Shown here: piece by piece, positions 55,321-64,000 of the stretch
How the letters are laid out: every line of letters starts with the position of its first letter
Numbering within the stretch: position 1 is the stretch's first letter
Assembly: GCF_964204645.1 (NCBI RefSeq)
Contig: NC_134029.1
Span: 5,766,001 to 5,830,000, forward strand
Length of the DNA: 64,000 nucleotides
Direction of reading: 5' to 3'
Source: Tubulanus polymorphus
Taxonomy: Eukaryota; Animalia; Nemertea
The notes under the pieces: model-generated
Database searches by the model: none
What the model saw: the letters and a program-made list of their open reading frames with translations, nothing else
What the model was told of the DNA's origin: nothing
Translations under genes and position numbers: made by a program

Positions 55321-56910
55321 TACGGTTCGATGAGTGCCGTGACAGTATTCAAGACGCTGCTGATGTCCTCACCTGCCAGAGTGTGTCAAGAACGAGGAAG
55401 CTAAAACTCCACGATTTCTTTCACAGGTTTTTCGATCCTATCTAGCTAATATGTTGACAAATGATAAATAACTATTATTCAAGCTTCTTTGAAAAAACAT
55501 TTGGTCGGTAGTTATCTGTCTAAAGACAAGTAAGATGTGGGTGACTGAAAAATAAAGGTTTGACAATCTGTCGTATTGAGGATCATCAGGTCCTCTCGAT
55601 AACTAGCTGCATAAACGAATATCAAGACAACTGAAAATAATGATTCAAAGATGACGAACGATGCTCGAAGCCTGCTCGCTAGCTATCTATTTAATGCGTT
55701 GCATTCTTTGATATATAATCGTTGTAAAATTAGTCATTTAAAGCAGCAAGTTTTTGCGCATTTTCCGTAATATTCGAAACTTCGCGGCTTTGATTTCTAT
55801 ATATGTAAATGGCAGGTCCATATTCCCCTTAAGCGATCTATTGTCGGCTGTATAGACGTTATGAACGTCCTCAAATTACGCGAAAAATGAAATCCGTCCC
55901 TCTCTTGGCTTCATGTACAATATTGCATTTAATTATTATTTGTATAATGTGTGATACGAAGTAAGTAGATATATAATCGATATATCAGCGGGATACAAAT
56001 AAGTTTGAGTTTTGTGTAAAACATATCCTGCTGATGAGATTTTCCCAACTGTGTACATAGGATTTGATGTATTGAATGGTGTGTGTGTTCCTGGTCAGTA
56101 AATTTATCGATGTGTTGGGTTTTTGGCCTGTGCGGAAGTTTGTTTTTAAAGAAATGATATGTGGATTTTATCGAGATGCATTTGTACAAATAAAGACGAT
56201 GGCTCATTATGTGAACGATGAGTTGCGTTTTTAGATTTTTATCATTTGAGAGGATGCATTCGGCATAATCTGCACTAGCTTTAATCGAAAGTTGAAGCGT
56301 TAAATAATTTACCAGACTGGTGCATACTCGCAAAAGGAAAACTGACCCAAAGGCTCGACTCAAGGGTATACATTTATGGAACTGTATGTGGCAGTCGAAG
56401 ATTTGGAAGGGTCTTGGGGACGGAAAAGGCGTGGTGGTTTTTGGCGGGTTTTGGAGAGAAGTCACGGAGTTGCTGAGGCTTTGACGCAACGGGATTCCGG
56501 AATACAGTTGATGATTTGGACAGGATTCAGAGTAATTTCAAGAGGGCAATCGGAATGTTTGAATGTGTTTTCGGGGTAGTCTCGGAGGGTTTCCATGAGG
56601 GCAGACAATGGGGTTTTGGACGGGTTTCGATGAAGTCCTCTCGAAAAGTCATTTGAATGGGTTTCGAACATGTTCAAATTATCTTAGTTCAAGTCTCATA
56701 GCTGTTTCAGAGATTCATAGTAGTCAAGGTAAGACAAGGGTGTCGGAATGGGACCGAGTGGTGTATAAGGGTGGGTTGGCATTATTTTTTGCGGTTTTTC
56801 ACGCAACGGGAACCAGAGCGTCAGTGCTCATGTAGACTAAGAATTGTATCCTGAATAAAGAGTCTTCGTAGTCGATTATAGCTCATAAACGGCGTCTTAT
56901 ATATGTACCG

Positions 56911-57041
56911 GGGGCCAGTTGTATAGTTGCACAGCTTAGACCCAAGACCAGTCTTAAAACCAACATAGTTCTATAGCCAATATAACAACCAAAGACCAGT
57001 CTTGTAAGACCACTTTTGAACTGAAGTCGCAACTAGGCCCA
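56911..57041. mobile_element. MITE (~130 bp) with GGGCC-AGTTG-type termini
   Basis: ggggccagttg ... caactaggccc inverted ends; internal palindromic aagaccagtctt present twice. Confidence 0.6.
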
Positions 57042-57280
57042 GGGTCCTGAGGCAGGATCCAGGCCGAGAGGCGATCGCTGGATCCAGGCCGATGAGCGGA
57101 GGCAGGGTCCAGGTTGCAGATTGATCATGCAGTCAGTGTATGTGGTCAGCAGTCATGAACCGACGGATCTACAACAACTAACAGGTGGAAAGTATAAAAG
57201 CATAGATTTTATTGGACAAGACGTATCAGCAAACCAGTTGGACTAAAAACTGGTTTAAAGAAAACTAACTAAAAGAGGTG

Positions 57281-57490
57281 AATAAGATAAAATCCCACTA
57301 TTTACAGATTAAAAGAATTTAAAACGTTTCGATCTCACCCTAGAGATCATCGTCAGGTGAGATCGAAACGTCGTGTCTTTTAAATATTTTAGATTTAATA
57401 AATAAATTCTGGTTTTTAAATTCTTTTAATCTGTAAATAGTGGGATTTTATCTTATTATCCGTTCACCACGTTTGAGTGTGGTCATCGTT
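57281..57490. mobile_element. Penelope-like insertion: two inverted pLTR fragments flanked by a 12-bp target-site duplication
   Basis: CTAAAAGAGGTG at 57269-57280 and 57491-57502. 57281-57356 is an internally deleted inverted copy of 57356-57490. Hammerhead-type core at the junction. Confidence 0.8.
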
Positions 57491-57663
57491 CTAAAAGAGG
57501 TGGATTGCAAGATAACAAAAAACCACTGACTGGTGAACTAACAAAGTTCAGAGTGGCTAAACAGATAAAGAATTTCAATCATATTTATTTTCATACAGTG
57601 TACAACAATTATACAAAATGCCAGGTTTGTGCTCGAGGAATTATAACGTAAGCTCCTCAAACG

Positions 57664-57796
57664 TGGACTGTATTTCAAAAACAGTCCAACCATGGACGTA
57701 TAAACTATAAACTAGAGTTTATACATCCATGGTCCATCCATAGACTCTAAAACAGAAACGTCTATGGCCCACAACCATGGACTCTCGAGTCTATGG
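57664..57796. repeat. Cluster of four adjacent micro-palindromes, three with CCATRGAC...RTCYATGG ends
   Basis: 57664-57688 (tggactg...cagtcca), 57690-57732, 57738-57767, 57775-57796. Half-copies ccatagactctaaaac at ~4402 and ccatagactgtaaaa at 24741. Confidence 0.8.
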
Positions 57797-60229
57797 CTCC
57801 CCGCACTAAAACCAGAGATAAACCTGGCCAAATACTCTGGAAAGCGTAAGATTTAATGAATCAATCTGATTTACATTTTTACTCTTTAAAATTTGACCCG
57901 GCCGGCCACCTATCTACCAAGGTATTACTTTAAAACTTGATCAAGCTAACCATAACAGATCCGACAGATAGAAATTAACTGATTACAAATTTCATTGATT
58001 TATGAAATGACCCGATCGATCAGGAAAAACAAGGCATCATTTTTAGCCTTATAATAATCACTTAGATTATTAAATAATAAGATTACTAGCTTCTAATATC
58101 ACATATCATGCAAGGTATTTCAAGGTTTTTATTCAAATTTCCACTGCAACTGATTCATACAATTTGAATCAATAGGAAAATAACAAAATTACACAAAGAA
58201 TTGTAAACTTTGATCCATAAAACACTGACAATTGGGAGTAGTCTGAATGTCTAAGACTATTATTTTGACATTTCATGATGTCACCGGGCATAAATGACAC
58301 TTGATTATTTCATGAAATATGAAGCATTCTATCATATCAACAATTCAGCAAATGACAATGTAAGAAAGATTTCTGTTTATACAAAAAACTGCAAAACATA
58401 TCTCCAGCATATAAACATTAAAGCTGGACATAAAACCACAAATTCTTTCAAATAATCAATCTCTAATTTCATTTCATTAACATTATTTTTACAAGAAAAC
58501 TGAAATTTTGCAAACTTTGCTTTGTATTCGAGGAATTATCAGTTCTTCGTTAACCAATGGGTGAACTGTTTTTGAAAAAAAAAAACAGTTCAACATAAAA
58601 GCATTAAATCAGAGATAAAACCTAAAGATTAACTCTGGAAAGCTTGAGATTAGCTAATCAAACTTTATTTTCATTTTCATTAAAATTATTTTCCAAGGTT
58701 ACTAGAGTTTTACAAGATAACTAGAGTTTTACAAGATAACTACAGTTTTTCTAACTTTGCCTGAGATTTTCAAACATTATCAGTTCCCTCATTCAATACA
58801 ACGTTATTTCAGGGAAAACATGACAATAATTTTACTATCGATAACTAATCACGTTTATACGGTAGCTGTTTAACATTCTTTCTAAAAAGAGTAAAATGTA
58901 TCTCCCAGATATTATCCCTAAAACAATTAACAGTAACAGCAGTGATAGGGTGATATATAGGTAAATGGATGCATGATCTTTCATCAGTTATTTGAAGCAT
59001 TCTATCGAAACAGATATTCTTTAGTGTGTTTGACTTAGTTAAGGTTTATGGTTATTTGTTTTGTTTATTACTGAGCCCATAGAATGCTTAAAACAACAAC
59101 AGAAAGGATCTCAAGAGGTTGGGAAACACGGAGAAGGTTGTTCTATGAAAGAAGAACCTTTAATAATTGGATTAAGTTGATTAGAAAAAATGCCTGATGA
59201 TGAAGGCCCTATATAGAGTATTTACTAATTGTTTGTTGGTTTTGTTTATTTTTATTACTTATAATTTGATTTGTTTTTTTTTGTTATGTATTTTTTTATT
59301 AATTGTTTTTTTATGTATTTTTCTTAATTATGTTCTATTTATTTTGTACTATTTATTACAATCTACATCATCAGGAATTTTTTATCGGTGAAAATATGGG
59401 CTCACTTAAAGAAAGTGCTACAAATTCACTGCTGCACCTAAATCATAGTTTATTATAAAACACCCCGATTAGTATGAAAGCCACTCAACCTTATGATATG
59501 GATGACAATGAAAGAAGTTAAAACAGCTATAAACAAAATTAAAATCAAGTTCAGGAGTTCAAACTAATAACGTTCCAACATCCTTTATTGCGTTTTGAAG
59601 TTGCAACTGTTTAACTGACTACGCTCTCCCTTTTGAACATTTAGGCAATGAAAATCATTTTCACTCAATAAAATATAAAATGAATCACTATTTCTAATAT
59701 TAATAATCGAATAAAGACTAAGAGAGTAATTCATTCTATGAACTATATGATTATTACAAATTAAGCAAAGCTATGTTTAACTAAAGTATGAAGCTTATCT
59801 GAACTATCCTGTCGATATCATATCTCAATTTACGTGTATTTCAACCGACCTACGATTTAACCGGAGACGCTGAACGTGATCAATACCATGAATTAATGGA
59901 GCGTAAATTTTATGAGACTCCAAGAAGGAACTTTAAGGACTTAAATGACTCATCTGTTTAACAAATCTAAACAGTTTGCCTAATCAGTATAAAGAATCAG
60001 GAGGATGCCATTTTATTGAATATTCAAAAATGAATACTTCCTTCTCAGGCCCACAGCCCAAATTACCTAATTTTAATAATCAACATTTCAACAACTAATC
60101 AACTATTCTTTAGTTTATTCCGCCCCTTCAAATAGACAGTGAATTTTGTAAACTCATGTTACACATCAGACTGATTTGTAAAAAGGTGATACGTAAAATA
60201 AATCAATACTTCACATATTCTACTCTCGT

Positions 60230-60690
60230 TGCTGCTCCTGAATAAGTGTTTATAAGATACGCAATGTCTCTACTGCTCCTGAATAAGTGTTTATAAGATA
60301 CGCATTGTCTCTGCTGCTCCTGAATAAGTGTTTTTATAAGACACGCATTGTCTCTGCTGCTCCTGAATAAGTGTTTATAAGATACGCAATGTCTCTGCTG
60401 CTCCTGAATAAGTGTTTATAAGATACGTATTGTCTCTGCTGCTCCTGAATAAGTGTTTTTATAAGACACGCATTGTCTCTGCTGCTCCTGAATAAGTGTT
60501 TTCATAAGATACGCAATGTCTCTGCTGCTCCTGAATAAGTGTTTATAAGATACGCATCGTCTCTGCTGCTCCTGGATAAGTGTTTATAAGATACGCAATG
60601 TCTCTGCTGCTCCTGAATAAGTGTTTATAAGACACGCATTGTCTCTGCTGCTCCTGAATAATTGTAATGAGAGACGCAATGTCTCTGCTC
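60230..60690. repeat. Minisatellite, ~11 copies of a 41-43-bp unit
   Basis: Unit tgctgctcctgaataagtgttt(tt)ataagatacgcaatgtctc repeated head-to-tail with no unique spacers. Confidence 0.97.
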
Positions 60691-61354
60691 CACCAATTGT
60701 AGAAGAAATCCATCATTGAGCGATAAACCGATGCTGGCTGAATTTCTCATCTAGACTTCAGCAGTTAAATTCAAGTTGGATTCATTCTGCTGACTGTTTT
60801 AATCAGTAGATTCTAGATGGTTAGTTGATCTTAGTATGGGCTTTTCCTCATAGATGTGATTCAGCTGAAAAGAGTTAAAGACAATATCCTGTATTCACAC
60901 AATATTTCATATAACATTAATCATAATAATTTCCATGTGAATCAACTCACCTTTCAAGATTGCCGAGTATCGGCTAGGATTGTCTTAGTTGGTTCATGAG
61001 TTAAATTCGTTGGACTCTTCCATGGTAGTTGATGAATTCAATTCAAGTTGTACCTTCTATGATTGCTGTTTTCATATCGGATCTCCTAAGTTGGTTGGTT
61101 CTTGAGTTTCATTCGAATCGGCCCCTTCTGTGAGCTGTTCTCTAATCGGCAGATTTCTGATGATTTGTTGACCTCAAGCTCTCGTTTGAGTTGGTGTCCC
61201 TTACAAACCTACCACACCTGCCGGGAGCGAAACGGCGGTTTTTTTCAAAATCGGAAATCGAAGTACAGATATAGTTGCGTGATCGGCGGTCGTTTTGTTT
61301 AAGTCCAAGAAAATAATTGGTAATTCGGTTCCGGTTCATTCAAACAATCTTTTA

Positions 61355-62045
61355 TTCTGCCTAATTCTGATTTGCAAATAACTATATTACAAGGTTGAAG
61401 ATAATTTTACAATATTTGGTCTTTTTTTATGTAACTAGTCCGAAAGTTTACAACGTCTAATAATTTCGTCTAACTTCAATTTTTTTGGTCGTTTTCACCG
61501 TTTAAATAGTTGAAGCGCATATTAAGTGACTGATTGAGGTTAACTATTTTCTGCCTAATTCAATACATGGAGATTTTGGAAATAACTATATTTTACAATA
61601 TTTGGTCTTGTTTTTATGTAACTAGTCCGAAAGTTTACAAGGTTGAATAATTTTATCTATTTTTTTCTGCCTAATTTAATACATCGAGATTTTGGGAATA
61701 ACTATATTTTACAATATTTGGTCTTTTTTTCATGTAACTAGTCCGAAAGTTTACAAGGTTGAATAATTTTATCTATTTTTTTTCTGCCTAATTTAATACA
61801 TCGCGATTTTGGAAATAACTATATTTTACAATATTTGGTCTTTTTTTCATGTAACTAGCCCGAAAGTTTACAAGGTTGAATAATTTTATCTATTTTTTTT
61901 CTGCCTAATTTAATACATCGAGATTTTGGAAATAACTATATTTTACAATATTTGGTCTTTTTTCGTGTAACTTGTCCGAAAGTTTACAAGGTGGGAGAAT
62001 TTTGTCTAACTTTAATTTTTTTGTCATTTTCACTGTTTAAATTTG
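61355..62045. repeat. Tandem repeat, ~5 copies of a ~118-120-bp AT-rich unit
   Basis: Unit ttctgcctaatttaatacatcgagattttggaaataactatattttacaatatttggtctttttttcatgtaactagtccgaaagtttacaaggttgaataattttatcta recurs at ~61355, 61549, 61665, 61781 and 61899. Confidence 0.95.
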
Positions 62046-64000
62046 TCTAATTTTTAAAAGTTTATTGTAGTTTTTCTCGAGTATGTCTGAAATCGAAGTA
62101 CATAATTGGGAAATTGGATTCCGGTTCATTCAAACTATCTTCCAATCAGTCTGAAACGGCAAGCTGAAGAAAAGAGCAGAACCTTTTGAGCAGAAAATCC
62201 TTTCGAATATCACTGATCATAATTATCATGTCAATTCATATAAAAGATCAGCAATGTGGATCGATACGTAGATTTTAATAATAGTCTTAAATGATATTTA
62301 TGAAATTCAACTCATATAGTAATTCATCTATATTCTAAATATCTAAGCAATGGTTGATTATTATAGTTTAAAAACAATTCAACTAAAGCATCTATAGTCA
62401 TCTCTAGGAATACCAGAGTTACAACAAATTTAGTAATGCATAATCAATATTATCAAATCGTTTTTGAACTTTTTTCTCTTCTATCCTCTTGAAATTCTTG
62501 ATGTGTCTTTTATTGAAACCCAGGCCCATCATACAGTGCAAACCTGCTAGTAATATTGGCCTATATATATTTCGATTGTCAGCTAAACCATGTTCGTATT
62601 ATGAAATTTACTTCATCAAACTTAAGAGATGTTTTCTACCCACAGATGGCGACATCTGTACCCAGTGAATGGTATTCTAATCCATTTCATTAATTCTAAA
62701 TATTGCTCCTAATATATACAATGATTTTGTAATTTTGATAATATAACTAACTGAAGAGTGAGTGCGCTGCCAGCATTGAGCACACTGATCCTATAAGTAA
62801 CATGGTTCTACAGATTTAAGAAACCTCGAATCATTCCCACAACTCGACAAATCCAGAATTCTGCAAAGCCTTAAAGATTCAATAAATCCCACAAGAGACA
62901 GAGGTAAAACATACCCAGTATTCTTTATATATCAATCAGTATTAAATTATACAGTTGTCTTATCAACCCCTATGGTTTAGATTTGAGCACTTTTACCTTA
63001 TATGAAGATGCTGAATTAGATACCTAATCAATTAGTTAATTGATAATGTCCTAGCTATAATTGAAATTGTCTCGGACAATATTTTATATGGGGCTTGAAA
63101 TTTCTACACGAGAAGAATTTCAGATCCGGTACGAATTTGAATTAATCACTATTTGAACTGCTAATTTTGCAACAGAGCTTTTGATACCTAGCTTAACTAA
63201 CCCAGAATCCCCCAAAACCTAACTGATTCAACAGATCCCACACACACATGTGGCCAGTTAGACGCAGATGACATTGCGCGATACAGTCGTCTCTTCCACT
63301 GTGCAATTTTGAATAAGTTTCACTTATGTTCATTACATTGAATTAATTTTAATTAAATTCTAGGTATCTAAGCGAACCATTAATTAGTAATCATACTAGC
63401 TATATTTTAATTGTCAATTGAACAATATTTATGGAGCCTGAAAATCTACATGAGTAGAATTTCAGATGTGGTGAATTCGTCACTATTTGAATTCATCAAA
63501 AATTAAAGATAAAAAAGCATATTTCTAGTGGTAAATTAGAAACTTCCTTAGCCGAATGACTATATAATCTTATAATCTTTATTTCCCTATATAGTACACT
63601 GTGTATAAGGACCAAAAGACCTTGTTATGACCGGACCTCCCTGTTGCGGTGCGAGTCATGATGCTAGAAAATAGTTTGAAGGAGAGGGGTTAGTAAAAGA
63701 GAGCTGTTAGCAAAAGGAATAAGACCTAAGTTTAGGATATCCTGTCAGAATAAGGCTTTCAATCTGACATACACAGTGAAATTGAAATATTCCCCCTTCC
63801 AAATCCAGGAATGTATTTGTGCACAGATTCGATCGGAAGTAAATCTGCGTTAAATTATTTTGGAAATATGTATCAAAACTAATACAGCTGTATGAAGACA
63901 CCATAGGTTCACTTAGATACAGATAAATAGATGTGCTCGGATACACATGTATCAGCTACATTTTAAATGTCCATGGAATTAGAAATTTCACATAACAATT

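Noticed and set aside
59197-59391. Hydrophobic 64-aa ORF
   Set aside because: Translation of a T-rich low-complexity tract.
60230-60690. 41-43-bp repeat array as a CRISPR array or coding repeat
   Set aside because: Units are head-to-tail with no unique spacers, there are no cas genes, the context is eukaryotic, and most units are not a multiple of 3.

Overview
AT-rich, intron-containing genomic DNA from an animal, most likely a non-chordate marine invertebrate (inferred from a FoxAB-type forkhead gene together with a KSR3-type pseudokinase). It is not prokaryotic, and I found no CRISPR array, rRNA or tRNA gene. I rebuilt spliced gene models by hand from GT-AG junctions. In order: 3' end of DET1 (+); a ceramide glucosyltransferase-like gene with altered active-site motifs (+); a small MYND-UBL-UBA gene (+); GRHPR (-); a signal-anchored SRPBCC/START-like gene (-); an 18-kb C1-domain KSR3-like pseudokinase (-); CCT3 (-); FoxAB (+); RWDD2 (+); and an uncharacterised 456-aa protein with a PPxY motif, four tandem ~110-aa domains and a C-terminal CaaX box (+). 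Interspersed are several MITE/non-autonomous DNA transposon families, Penelope-like fragments carrying a minimal hammerhead ribozyme core, microsatellites and two minisatellite arrays. I cannot show a single new multi-gene system. The best leads are the PPxY/4x-repeat/CaaX protein, the active-site-altered UGCG paralog, the structured motif-sharing islands in CCT3 introns, and the hammerhead-bearing retroelement ends. Family assignments rest on recognised motifs, not on database searches.
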